DNA of 64,000 bases from Eledone cirrhosa (taxonomy: Eukaryota): the NCBI GenBank assembly GCA_964016885.1, contig OZ024743.1, positions 190,092,001-190,156,000 on the forward strand, in the 5' to 3' direction. The notes beneath the pieces were generated by a model. That model did no database searches. It was not told the origin of the DNA and was given only the letters and a program-made list of their open reading frames with translations. Position 1 is the first letter of the stretch, and every line of letters begins with the position of its first letter. Shown here one piece after another: positions 40,150 through 53,799 of the stretch. A program made the position numbers and the translations under genes.

Positions 40150-43100
40150 GATTTCATTTATTAGCCACAAGCGCCGACATGTAGGGGACAATACAAAGAC
40201 AGGGACAGTGGGAGTTTACAATAAGGTCGAGTATAAGTGCACAATGGCAAGACTAATTTAACAATGAAGATATAAAAATATAAAATAAACTATGCATAAA
40301 TATAACAAAATAAATTCCCCGATAGGGGGTGGACGACCCTGGGGTGATTCGGGTACCCCACCAATCCTGAACCACCCTGCGCTTCTAGGGCACACAGGGA
40401 GAGCAAGTTAGCTAGCCTATAGGCGCATGGTCAGAGTAGGCCCATTCACACGAGCCATTCTCGCCACATTCACCCACCTTTTAGCAAATGTACTGGGGGG
40501 GGGGGGGGGGGGGGCAGCACTTCTCTCTCCACCCTCACCTTCCTTTCCAGGTGAAACTTGAAGAAGTTGATGAGGGATTGGCCGAAGAGAAAAGTGTCTG
40601 TGTTTAGTCCTTTCAACCTGGTCCACCATATAATCTCTTTCGCAACTGCCACCAGACAGGAAAATTTCCTGCTCTTCCTGACCTAAGGAAGGCAGTGGAT
40701 CGATCTTCACTATGGACTCGGCCGATAGCCGGATTCGTTCTACACGCGACAGTAGCTGTTCGACATAACTCCACAAGTCAGTAATGCACGGACATTGGAC
40801 AAGTGCGTGCAGAACGGTTTCGTCGTTCTGTGCGCATCTTGGGCAGGCCCGTCTGACAGCACTTCCGTGCCTGTAGAGTTTATCCCGAACCGGCAGTGCC
40901 CCCCCTGCAGCACTGCCAAGCGAGGGATTTCTGGAAATTGTCGATCGTCCCCGGCTCAAAAGTCCTCCGGTCAGACTGGTCAGTTCAACTTCGTCGAGGC
41001 CCAAAGCTTCTCCGAGTGCGTCATCGCACTTGCCCACCACTAATCCTCTATAGAACTCGAGAGTGGAAGTTCCACTGATCGCATTGCCCGCTTGGTAGAG
41101 GGTAGTGCGTGCCTGGCAACATTGCAGGTGCCAGTCACCCAGTCTCGGTCTCTTCTTGACCCAGGACTGCAGCTCAGTCAAAGAAATGAGCTGCGGAAAC
41201 GCACGTCTGATAAACGGCGACCACACCTGTTCACCGTTGAGGCAGAATATCTGGAGATGTCGCAGCCTCAACGCATGTCTGTGCATCATTAGCCACGGCA
41301 TACCCAGCACTCCGCGTAGAAGGTGCTGGCAGCAGATGGACCGCCTCACCAACGGAACTTGTCCCCTCCACAAAAATTTGAAGAGAAGCCGTTCCAACTT
41401 GACGAGGCGCGACGGGGGCAAAGCACGACTGTCAGGCGGTAGTAGATGACGGACGCGATGTACGCATTCGCCACCTCCGCGCGACCTTTCAGTGATAGCT
41501 TCCTCCCAGCCCATTTTTGGGTGAAACTGGCTACTCTGCTCGTTACCTCGACCCAATTCTTTTCCACCTGGAGGTCTGGTCCGAACCAAACCCCGAGCAA
41601 CTTTACCAGTCCGTCCGTCCAGCGCCCCACGATGCTGTTGGACGGCATGGGCTTGCCTCTCCAGGTTCCGAGCTGCAAGCCCACCGACTTTTCCGGGTTA
41701 AATGTTGGCTACTGTCAGCCTTTCATATTCCTTCAATAAGGTGCCGACCACCTCGATTTCTGAGGTGTTCGACACCATCACGGTGATGTCGTCCGCATAA
41801 GCCGACACCGCATTTCCACGTCCCGGTTCGAGCGGGATGCCCTGCAACAGCTCCAGCTTCCGCAGTAAAGGCTCGAGAGTCAATACGTACAGAAGGGAAG
41901 AGAGAGGGCATCCTTGACGGACCGATCGGGAGAGCCGAAATGGTTCCGAGAGGTGGCCATTAACCTTGACCACCGAGCGTATGCCGCTGTGCATTGCAAC
42001 GATCCAGCTTCTAAAGACAGGGCCGAAGCCAGCTGCTTTGAGGACAAACTTCAGATACCGATGGTCAACCCGATCGAATGCTTTCGATTGATCTAAATTG
42101 ATCAGTGTCCCACCGAAGCCAGGTTTACACCCTACCCTCTCTATGATGTATCGCATGAGGTGGAGATTGTCGTGTATGGACCTGGCTGGGATTGCGCAAG
42201 TTTGCGCCTCCCCAACCAAATCCTCGACGACAAGCGCCAATCTCTTTGCTAACACCTTGTCCAAAATCTTAAACTCTGTGTTGAGTAGAGTTATGGGCCT
42301 GAAGTTGTCTAACGTATCCCTCTTGTTCTCGTCTTTCCTTATCAGCGTCACCACTCTCCCTGCTCACAGAACTGGGAATACTCCCATTCTGCTGCCAGTT
42401 ACAGTAGTGTGCTTCGAGGAGTTCTGAGAACAAGTCTGGCATATTTACGTAAAGCTCGTAGCGCAGGCCATCCAAACCGGGTGACTTGCGCCTCATGCAG
42501 CCGACAAGGGCGTCCTGAATTTCGGCTGAAGTAATCGGCCTTTCGCAGGGCTCAGCGTCGACCGTCGAGATGCGCGGCAAGCCGTCAAGGTAGAGACTGA
42601 AATCCGCTACTTTCTCTGACTCGCCACTCTCCCTGAACAACCGAGCAAAGTGCTGGCGAAAGGCCTCACACATCCGCTTGGAATCGCTTATCTCGTGTCC
42701 GTATCGGTCCGCCAAAGACCGATTTGTGGTTTTATTACCACGGTGCGCCTCCGCCACGCGGGCCCATCGAACAGCTTTAGTTCCCTCGTTTCTCAGCGCA
42801 CGCGCCTTAGCTCTGACAATGCAACCTCCGTGTTTGGCATTGAAGAAATGGTCCAATGCCATTCTCGTCGCTAGCACGTCAGTTGCGATGCCACTACAAA
42901 TAGCCTCGTCTAACTTATCTACCAGCTCCCCCTCCTTTCTATTTTTATCTAACGCTAGTTCTTTGCTGAACTCTATCGAAGTTACTCTAATCTCTCTTTT
43001 GAGATCCACCCACCATCTGTTATTGATGATCCCCCTGTCAAATTTTGCTTAACTAAATTGTTGACTCGGTCCCTGTAAGCCTTACGTGCCGGAAATGACA

Positions 43101-43893
43101 TATTCAGCTTCCAGTAACCCGGTCCTGACCTACGCGTTTTATTTAGGTCGACCGTACAGATCACAAATTTGTGATCTGAATAGGCGACCGTTTTAAAAAG
43201 TGGACAGCCCACACTATTTCTATCTATTTTCCTAATGAAGATCCTGTCTATATACGATCTAGATGACCCCATTCGGTTGGTCCATGTCCATACTGGCACA
43301 TTGGGGAAATCTAGTCGATACCTGTCAGACTGTTGGAACTGGCTGAGTAGGTGCTTGAGGCTTTTGCACCCCGCTCCTATCGGCTACTCCCACACAAGCG
43401 TGCGTCTAAGATGCCATTCCAGTCCCCCGCTAACAGTAAAGGGCGAGACACACCCAGAAAGGTCTCCAGGCGCCTAAAGAATTCAGGTCGTCCGGCCCCT
43501 GTAGGGGCGTAGACGGCCAGCAGTCTAAAGGCACCACCTTCGCTACTGCTCACATCCAAGACCACCAACTTACCGTCCGGGTCCCGGAAGATCGACTTTA
43601 CCTCGAGATCCAGTCCTTTCCTAAACAGTACTGCCACCCCACCCCCATTCCCGGCCTGCTCACAGATGCGAAGATCTGATAGTCGTCGAAAATGGGGGCT
43701 AGTGCGCGCGTGTAGGAAATTCTGGTCTCGCTTACGGCAATCACATCCATTTCCAGCGACCGGATGTCGTTGAGCAGGCGACCCTGCTTCCAGGGTGACC
43801 CCACCGCGAACATTTAAACTTCCTACTCTTAATATGGCCATATTGGTAAGCTAAGAGAGAGAGAGGGAAGGTTTACTTACCTCCCGGGTCTTG
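40150..43893 (-). mobile_element. Tx1 LINE copy 4: complete but broken ORF2, truncated just upstream of it; ~13-bp TSD
   Basis: MAILRVGSLNVRG at 43841, EN/RT motifs; TGATAATAATAAT at 40137-40149 and 43894-43906; G20 run at 40495-40514. Confidence 0.93.
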
Positions 43894-43919
43894 TGATAAT
43901 AATAATAATACCTGCTAAC

Positions 43920-44700
43920 GTGAAAGGAACTGTTATTTGAATATCTTATTTTGAATAATATATTAAAGCAATATTAAATTGAAAACTGATTGTTGATGTG
44001 TCATGCGAAGTTATTTACTACCAATAAACTTGTAATTTACTTCAGATCTTTAGAACCGGTCACGCTAGTCACTTATTTGTCTCAGACTACATTAAACAGT
44101 AAAACTGGAATTTTCTTTTCATATTTTCAAATAAATGTTTTATATATATATTAGAGATTATATTGGTTTCCTTTGACCAGGTACAATTTGCTTTTAGACC
44201 GTAAACATTTTGGATTGAATTGATCTGTAGCAAGTACAGCATACCACCTTATCCCCATTGTATCATTGGAATATTTAGGAAGATATAATATGGCACCAAT
44301 CAAACTGGCTCCCATTTTGAGACGTACGAAAATTTCAAATAATTTTGTTTCATACTACACAGGCTTATGGATCTGAAAAATAGTTTGCTAGGTAGGGTTT
44401 TTCACTGTTTCTAAAGGATGTATTTACTATTTTGTGGATACATATGTTGCTGGGAATGAAGCTGACAGCTTTACTGGGGGTAGATACTAACAAGCTACTG
44501 CAAGGTTATTATTGTTGAAACATGTGTCATAGTGTGCAAAAACTACGAGTAGTTGGGTGGCCGATTATATTAATTTGAATCAGGTTAACGAATTGGGAAA
44601 ATGTATAATGGTATCAGTGAAGCTATTTGTGAGTATATTTATGATCATGCTGGGAGGCCTTTTTTGCTGTTCAACGAAAGGAATATGTCAAGATCTTAAT
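43920..44700 (-). pseudogene. Decayed Penelope-like RT remnant (tentative)
   Basis: Minus strand AAAATGGGAGCCAGTTTGATTGGTGCC resembles the PLE MGS.DGAE motif; no open frame. Confidence 0.35.
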
Positions 44701-45870
44701 CGTAGTGGAAATTATGTATCTTAAGTTTTTTTATGTTCCGGTCTTCATGGTCTGGTTCTGGTGGGTAATTTTGGTGTGTAGTTCTGTTAGCTGATAAGTA
44801 TTGATAGAAGAATTCTATGAGACGGAGTTTGTGGTCCAAACAAAGAGATGAGGCTTACATATCAATGTTATGCTTTATATCTTATCTCTGTCTAGCAGAG
44901 GGACATACGCACTCCGATATGCAATGATGAATCATCTAGGATAGTGTATGACTGTGTCCCCATATAGAACTTTCTCTCCTTTCTCCATTTCCCAGTCTAT
45001 TTGCATATATCTGCAGGTTGTTTTTGTGTAAAGGTGGGCAAGGTGAACTTGGCAGTTGCTATACTATACTCTACAGTTCTTGTGGTGGTGTTGTTAATGT
45101 TAAATTTGTCACGGTTTTATTTTAAGTATATTTGTCTACTATTTTTAGAAAGCTGTCTAACTGTGTAATGTCTTCCTCGTTGTCTCTCAGATATAAAACT
45201 ATTTAAATATGCCTTGTTTCCATGTGATTGTCATTAGTAACATTCTTACTCTAGAATCCTTATTTCATCTAAATTTTGAAGTTAGGAAAGTGACTTAAAC
45301 TGACTCTCCTTTTCAAGTATATTGTAGTGTGTAATTATGTGTACTACGATAAAGCGAATACAAATGATGTTGACACTTCTGGTTTTCCTTGTGTTTGTAA
45401 GATAAGCGGTATCATTGCATTACATGTATGTGTATGGGTTAATGATTTTACACTCAGGAGTGTTATAATACCACATAAGTAGTCGGCTAAATACCTGCGT
45501 TTTCCCTCTTGATTCAGAGCTCGAACAATGGCATCCAATACGTGTCCGTTCATATTTTCCAAACGATTTTGGTATCTATATTATAACAAATCCTCTGTGT
45601 TGAATGCTCATTATTCAAACAGTGTCCTTGCCTTATACTCCATCCTATCTTTTATAGCATATTACTCCTATTACTACGTTATCCAGTATAATCGGTCATT
45701 TCCCGAAGAGAGGATGGTGATTGAAAGTAAACTAACTGATGAAATAGATCAAGTCACCACCTAGAGTTTCCACAGAAAATTTCATTTGAGCCAGGTTGTT
45801 TATATTTAGCTGCTCCCTATCCAAATAACTTGAACTAATAAATGCTAGTGTCAACTATCTTATACAATGC

Positions 45871-45932
45871 ATGTATGTATGTATGTATGTATGTATGTAT
45901 GTATGTATGTATGTATGTATGTATCTATGTAT
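45871..45932. repeat. (ATGT)n microsatellite (also 46377-46458)
   Basis: Direct reading. Confidence 0.95.
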
Positions 45933-46376
45933 GGAGCTCTTAAGAGTCAATGGCCATCCAAAATCACGGGAGAGATGACCCCTTAGCCTTTGTCAAGGCA
46001 GAATTCTAGGAGAAGGAAAACTCTGATATAACACCTGCAACCCTGATGGTATCCAATGATGTTGAATTGTTCTTCTTTTTGGTAAATATCATCTTGGTTA
46101 AGAGAGTGGGACTGGCTTTGTGCAGTGCCTTTGCTCACTATAAAAGCTTCACGGCACAGGCATTGCTTTATATCTGGAGATCTCTCTGCACTTGTCGTCA
46201 CATGGTACCATGGGCCCAGCACTATGTGTCAATAATTGTCACAGGTGTAGTGTTTGTACCAGAGTTTTCTAGTCGCTGGCTGGACTAAAAAGTCACACTT
46301 GTTCAGCGCATCGGTAGGGGTTCTCCTACATGGATATAAAGTAGTGGCCGTACTCGAAAACGTGTTGGCAGCCACC
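45933..46376 (+). mobile_element. Non-coding RTE-5'UTR-derived short element between (ATGT)n tracts
   Basis: TCTAGGAGAAGGAAAACTCTGAT..AACC resembles RTE/RTEX 5'UTR motif; homologous to 46740-46970; ends GGCAGCCACC + (ATGT)n. Confidence 0.55.
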
Positions 46377-46695
46377 ATGTATGTATGTATGTATGTATGT
46401 ATGTATGTATGTATGTATGTATGTATGTATGTATGTATGTATGTATGTATGTATGTATGGGTCACTCTTTAGTGATAATGGTACAGTACAACCTATCGCG
46501 GGATCATTGGAGACTAAACAGACAACCCCACCAACTTTACTTGGCGAGGAGGGTGATTTGGAAACCCTGCAGTCCAAAAAACAAAATCTGACAAAGGGCG
46601 GAAGAACTCATAAGACCATCCAAAAATGTGTAAATATGTATATACGTGTATGCATGTGTATGTATGTATGTATATATATATGTGTATGTATATGC

Positions 46696-47046
46696 GCGGG
46701 AACATAGAAATAATCGGGCTAGATACCCGATCGCGCGGTTAAATCACTGGGTGTGAACGACCCCCTAGCATTTGTCAGGGCATACCTCTAGGAAAAGGCA
46801 ACCCAGGAAACTGGGATAACTCCGATATAAAACCTGCGGCTCAGTAGTTACCGGTGATGTTGATCTTTTCTTCTTTTCGGGTTATAGCTACTGTTGCTCA
46901 GAGAGTGGGATTGGCTCAGTGCAGTCTTTCCTCACTTTAAAAATAATATTCAAGCACGGGCATTGCAGGATAGCAATAATTGATAATTATTAATAATTTT
47001 ATATCGTGCAATTGCCCTAATTGATAACGAGGGGGCAGCCATAATC
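46696..47046 (+). mobile_element. Second, divergent RTE-5'UTR-derived short element
   Basis: Collinear with 45960-46170; ends GGCAGCCATAATC + ATGTATGTATG. Confidence 0.55.
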
Positions 47047-47358
47047 ATGTATGTATGGACAGATAAATAGGTGAATGAACCTGTAACTCTCGTTGGAGTC
47101 ATAGGGGCGTCGTAGTGATATATTGCATTTCTTGAACATTTTAAACATAAGTATACCCTTTCAGGTCTGAACGTAACTCATGTCTTCCAGTGAAAGATAT
47201 AGAATGATAGAGAGAAAGTAAGAAACAGATAAAGAGAAAGAAATGATCACAGAACTGAACGCAAATTCATTGCCTATTCTTCTACTCTATTCAGATATAA
47301 GAATTCTAGGGATTCGATAAATTTGGTCTGATAAGTACCAATATCCGAACTGGGTAAA

Positions 47359-47548
47359 TAATTGTTTCTACTTTAGGCACAAGGCCAGCAATTACCCAGT
47401 GCATTACTGGTACTTTATTTTTATCGACCCCGTAAGGATGAAAAGTAAAGTCAACCTCGGCGGGATTTGAACTCAGACCGTAAAGGGACGTAACTATGCT
47501 GGAAAGCATGGCGTCCGACCCTCTACCGATACTGCCAATCCACCGCCC
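47359..47548 (-). mobile_element. SINE family A with ~9-bp TSD
   Basis: GTAAATAAT on both sides. Confidence 0.9.
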
Positions 47549-48042
47549 TGAGTAAATAATGAAAATCATTGCCCATACCACAGGCTTTGTATTTATGATG
47601 GCTCCGAAATAGATATGTGAAAACTTTAAAGACTGCTATTCTAGTGTTAACTTAGGCTATACATAAAGAAAAGCAATTTTGGAAAAATAATGATTATATT
47701 TTTCTTTTTTTGTGACAACCAAGTAGAAACCAATACAATTTAGAGCATTAAAAGAGAAACAACTAAAGCAAAATAAATTCACCAATAAAAGTTATTTTCT
47801 AAGTAATGAGTAAATTTCATTTTCTTTTGAAATTTGAATATAAATCCGCTCACGTACCTATTAGCATAAGAATACACTTCTCCCATAAATCTTTATGCTT
47901 CATGATTCTAGAATATAATTAAACATATATCACACTCTCAGACACACATGAATATGGATACATATACGTATGTATGAATAAATATCTGTATTAATTGATG
48001 TTTAAATTTAGCTGTACATACGAACACACGCTCACACATATA

Positions 48043-48091
<49 letters not shown>

Positions 48092-48564
48092 ACATAAACA
48101 CTCATATGTGTGTGCGTATGTCTATGCATATATATATATATATTTCTGTATACACCTGCACTATAATAGAGATAAATTCATATCGATCTATGCATAAATG
48201 ACATCCTTATGTTCTGACTGGTTGTGGTAGTTTCATTATATAAGCCTGATTAAGCTGAATATGGCGATAATATCTTAATGATGTTAAATTCAAGTGGTTA
48301 TTGGAAAGGAAAATGCTTGTTAGAAATACGCTCTTCACCAATATAATGTTAAACATCACCTTCGTTCATTATATACTTAAAAACTCTTATTAAATTTTTA
48401 TTTGGATATTAAATTGGAACTCTTAGGTTATCATGATGTTTGACATATTTCTGCGGGAAACCACATTATATTTCCATAGTTCAGTCTCTCTGTAATTGAG
48501 CCTAATGTGCCTTTGACTATTGTATTTGCAATAGGATAGTCTCTTTTAAATTTTCTTTTGGGAA

Positions 48565-48850
48565 TGCGAACGGCTTAGTCGCTAGAGCGTTAGGCTTATA
48601 ATCATCAGGTTGTGAGTTCAATTTCCTGACTGGGTAGTGTATTGTGTTTTTCAGTAAAGCACTTTATTTCTCATTACTCTAGTTAACCCAGCTGTAGAAA
48701 TGAGTTGTGACGTCACTGGTGCCAAACTGGATCGGCATTTGGCTTTCCCTTGGACAACATCAGTGGCGTGAAAAGAGGAGGCCGATATGCGTGGGCAACT
48801 TTCTAGTTGCAAAGCACATGGTCATTCGTGACTGAGGAGGGTCTCTAGCG
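48565..48850 (+). mobile_element. tRNA-derived SINE, family B (CORE-like), diverged
   Basis: GGCTTAGTCGCTAGAGCG...GGTTGTGAGTTCAATT..; same family as 63249-63365. Confidence 0.65.
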
Positions 48851-49369
48851 CTACTCTATTTCATCGTTATATTGCTTGTTGTATTAGATACAATTGATGA
48901 CTATGATCGTTTAAATGCATTGGAAAATATAAAGAGAAGATTAAAAATCTGATAGTATTTAAAATATGCAGGTAGCAGATTGGTACAAATGTTAGAGCAC
49001 TAGACGAAATGATTTGAGGTTTTATTCCAGCCCTTTGAAAACTATATTGAAATAACACAGATGACTTCCCTTTTCATCTTTCCAGAATCAATCAGAAAAT
49101 GGTAACGGATTGACGGACTTCGTTGGAGAGTCGTATAGAATGCTTTGTAATATTTGTTTCATCTCTTTATGTTCTGAGTTCAAATCCTGTTGTAACCTGC
49201 ATGGGTGGAATATTCACTCATTCACTTTTAGCAGAAACTGCTCTGTCACAGGTATTTAAGTCAGGCCTCTGATTTGAACTTAATTTCCTACTATTCTGCC
49301 ACCAGTCTTTGAGGCTCCTTAAAAGGTCCATAGCTATTGTTTGTTCTCCTGACTAAGCAATACAAATTA

Positions 49370-49960
49370 TATTCGTTGATGTTCTCATCTGTAGAACTCT
49401 ATTACATTCAAAATTACAGTTTTTAAAGTGTTTGCCAGCTACTTCTGGGCCACTCCTAGTTATTGGCACAAATGATCACTTCCATCATTAAAAACGTCTG
49501 AACAGCTTTTTCTGAGAAATAATTTTTCATTATTCCATTACACATTTTCATATTTTACATATTTTTCTAATCTGAATCTCATAATATTTTCACTGGTAAA
49601 TCAAGTTTCTGTCTACAGTAATATTTCTCGTTGTTTATCATGTACAGCAAGCTACTTGAGGTCGTCCATATATACAAAAGATTTGTATCCGTTTCCAGCC
49701 CTGTTTACATGACAGTTAAATTTTCCAGTGCCAGAGAAAAGAGAAGTGGCCATAGAGAGTTCTCTTGAAATATTCTTCTTCTATTTAAGGTAGGTTCATT
49801 CTTTATAGTCCACCATCCTTTTCTCTATGTTGTATTACAATTTATCATATGCGTGTGCTCTAAATTGATTTGTTGAGCAGATTGTAAATGACGGCATCGA
49901 AATCATTGGATATCGATCTAAAACCTTATTATAATTAATTCTCTAAAACGTTTCTTTAAT
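49370..49960 (-). pseudogene. Decayed Dong/R4-type reverse transcriptase remnant
   Basis: Minus strand YMDDLK (~49655-49672) and RRRIFQENSLWPLL (=GIFQGDSLSPLL, ~49740-49782). Confidence 0.7.
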
Positions 49961-51943
49961 TATGATCGAGTGCTCCATTTCGTGAAGTCATGCTGCTATA
50001 TTAAGCATTACCACAAACCAAGGTCTGTCACCCACTGCTACTGTCAATTGCCGATCGACTAGTAGTTAATGCCACACGTGGAATATCGGCACAAACTTGA
50101 ACATTTAGTAGTAAGGTCGATTTTCGGAACTCCCACATAGAGCTAATGGCTGACGAGTATTCACTTGTCCAGAATATGGTGATTATGGATTTATTATTAA
50201 TCGATGACCAGCGGATTCTCCACGGAATTTGAAATGATACTGTACCACTGTACCAGGACATAGATCTGGATTTTTGTGCACTAAACTAGGAAGAGACTAG
50301 CTGTTTCGATTGTTGAAATTTTGAATGCTTTAACATATTCATATGATAATGTCTTGATACAAAATTTACACTGTTTTAGTAGCTTAGGCCTCTGGGTGGG
50401 AATGTTGTATTACAATTAATCATATGCATGTGCTTCAAATATATATATATGCGCGCGTGTTTGTATGTATGTGTATCCATATATATTCAATTACACATGT
50501 ATTCACACTTACAGAGAAACTTGAAATTAAATGCATTGTAATTTGCTCTAATGTTTCAATACATAACAATTAATTGATGTACAATTAACACGAACGATAA
50601 ATATATTAAAGCAAAAGTTTTGGAGTATATATACTTTTAATACAGTTTTATGACAGTCATTTGCATAGAAATTTGACTGATGACATTTCAGACTACGCCT
50701 GTTTAACACCTTATAGCGTTATATTGTTTTTAGTTTAAAAAATGACAACACTTTTGGAATTTCGTAAAGTATTATATTACGAGAGGCTAATATAAATGTT
50801 GATACCTCTTTTGTTCAATCTATTTATTAAATATCAAAAGCTATCCATTAGAAAGACATTGCAGTTTCTCATGGAATTCTGATATTGAACACGAGATGTA
50901 CAAAGCCAAAGAGAAATTGAGATCAGGAAGATGTGTTTGAATATAACATTTTTTTATTTTATAAAAGACATAAATAAATTCAAATATTTTCGTTGACATT
51001 TATAAAAACAAAATAGTGTTTCTTTTATTATTCCTGATTGCAATTAGCCCTCAGAAAAATGTCTCTTATTTAATACATTATGATATAATAAACGAAATTA
51101 GACTTATTTATATATTTTATTAACACATAGATGATGTGGTTGTTGTCGATGTGTTGTTGATAGTGTGAGAATGGTGAAGGTTATGGGAGAAACAGTATTC
51201 TTGTTGAAATTGATGTTTTAGGTCATGGTAACGATGAGATAGATAAGAGGAAGATAAGGTGGGGAAGGAATATGCTGTTATCTAGAAAATAAGTAATTAT
51301 GTGGTTTAAATTGCAATTAGCTCAACCAGTTGCTCAGCTACATTGTAAGTGATCTTCTGCTTTGATGGATATGGATTCATCTCTAACCAGTGGCACATAT
51401 TATCCAATTTCATTGCGCATTTCAGCGTTGCACATATCTCTATTATTTCCCTCTAAATCTAAACGACTTTCTTACTTTTAATATACACATTCCATTAATC
51501 GTGTTCTTATATACAGGAAAATAACCATCGATGAAAGAATGACAAGCTGTTATCTAAGTTCTTTGTACAAACCACCTCAATACATAGAAAGTAATTTAAA
51601 TTCGAGCTTGTTACATCCATTTTAATGGGGCATTTCAGAAAAAATTAGTTTTAATATTGAGTTAATTTTTACTTACAATAGCGTTAAAGGTTGATTCTCT
51701 CTACGTACCTACCTACCTATCTACGTATCTATCTCTCTGGGATGGACATACGCGTGAAACTTGCTGGGTAAGTTCTGCCTAAATTTCTATAGAAATTCCT
51801 AACTGTAAACCTTTATTTTTATACCAATTTGTAGAGGAACTGCCAGGTCAAATTTTCATCTGGTCAATCTATCAAAATATTCTACGCCTTTAGGCGAAAT
51901 AGTTCACAAAAGTTTTTTTGGAAAAGCTAACATTTTTTAAAAA

Positions 51944-53759
51944 ATGACTGAAGCTTCTTCACCAACATTCGAAGGAGGAAAGGGGGAAGATATGCTTACA
52001 GCTTCCCCCTGCCACTGTCATAGTAGCAGATGTCAAAGACAAAGGTCAGCCAGAGGAAGGATTTTCTCCACCTGCTGACCAACAACTTGACGTTGCCATG
52101 GCAACAAACCAAAAAATGTGAAACAATGAACAAAACCAACACAACCAGCGGCACCAGCAACAACAACAACAACAATGCTACGAACGAAAACAACACCAAC
52201 AACAATAACAATAACAACAACAAGACCAATAACTGCAACAAGGAAGTAAACGACAAAATATCATTTGCGCAAACCGTAAAGAAAACGGTAAGCTATACTC
52301 TGGTAGATATTTCAAATGCAAATGAGCTTTTGAATAACGCCAGACAATATGTAACTTTTGGGGAGAACGGATCATTCTCCATAAACTCTCCCCCAGATTT
52401 GCGAAGAGAAGCTGCCTTGAAAACTATGGTTTTCAGGACAGTCTCAAACAAAACCCGAACACCGACTCAACTTTCACAAGGCGAAATTGAGTTGGTTTTA
52501 GAAGGTACCTTAAAAGACATTGCTTTCATTCAGAAGGGTAGACTCTACGGGAGTTTATCCATTCTGATGAAAGACCAACTGACGGCACAGAAATACTCTG
52601 TGTCGCCAATTGTGTCACCGTTGTTCACCCTTTTCCCCACTTACATGGGGAAAAGAACACAGAAAATAAAAATCCAAAGTATCACACCAAATATTGATAT
52701 TTGGTGGGTACTATGTGGATTTTTAAACCTAGAAAAAGACACAATAATATCGGTATGTAAGTCCTCCGGCGATCTGTTCAGCGGAACTAGCCTGGAAATT
52801 CTTGTCCAAATGACATCAGAACGAATAGCTAGGATCCCGGAACGTGTGCTGCTGGATGGACTTATATACATAAACATTTCGGTCGAGGGTAGGCGGCCCT
52901 CATGTTACCACTGCCTAAGCAGGGGTCACCTGAGAGCTTCCTGTACGCGGCTAACTAGCCCCAAAAAGGCATTACTGCCTACACCTGCAACACCAGCACA
53001 ACAATCACCACCACGACCACCACCACAAAAACAACAACATAAAAAAATAGTGACAACAAAACAAACGACAAACACAGTCCCACCCAACCCCTCCCCACCT
53101 AAAACAACTCCAGAAACACCCACACACATATCAGCTCCCCAAAATGTACCCCTCTCCAACAACACGGATGAGGCCTCATCATCGTCACCCAGTGACGAAG
53201 AGGGAGAGCCTTTCCGACCAGTAAAATGAAAAAAGAAAAGACATAACACAAACAAAAATGCAACAAACACACAAACACCAACACAAGCGATGCAAACAGC
53301 ACAAACAAAAACACCCCCTCCTGAAAACAAAATACCTACTACAAAACGTAAACACACACAAGAACCACAAACAAAAAGAAACCCAACACAACAAAAATGT
53401 TACACCTACATAAATACTAACAATAAAACTTTAACAGACACCATATATAAAAAAACCCTTCGGTGGAGACCGAAGGGAAAACTTTTACACACTCTTCGGA
53501 GAATCCTAATCTTAAAATGATTAGGACCTCCATGGACACACATAAACAATTAAAAGAAAAATTTCCTAACGACGTAGGTAACCCCTGCGTCAAACCCTAC
53601 AATCGAGTCCTGTTAAAATGTTTCCCCATCCCACCAGACACCCCCTACCCACCAAACATATTTGTCCCCACCCCTCCAGAGACCACCACCCCACCAAACA
53701 ACCCCTCTAACAGCCCCATGGAAACTGTGCAGCCTGGTCCTCAGGAGACGAAGAGGTGA
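51944..53759 (+). pseudogene. Tx1 ORF1, frameshifted
   Basis: 399-aa ORF 52030-53229 with N-rich tract, ISFAQTVKK, knuckle CYHCLSRGHLRASC; last frame KFPNDVGNP...ETKR* ends at 53759. Confidence 0.85.
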
Positions 53760-53799
53760 GTGATTTGTTTTCCTCTTCTTTTAACTTTTCAGCACCAAC

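Noticed and set aside
40495-40514. G20 run as a functional G-quadruplex or poly-Pro insert
   Set aside because: Homopolymer expansion in one dead copy, absent from the others; length may be a sequencing artefact.
46229-46707. ORFs with YIHT/MYVC, poly-L, poly-I or poly-M/T repeats (also 25114-25399, 40004-40261)
   Set aside because: Translations of microsatellites.
50028-50261. 77-aa ORF as a host gene
   Set aside because: No recognisable motif; sits beside decayed RT remnants.
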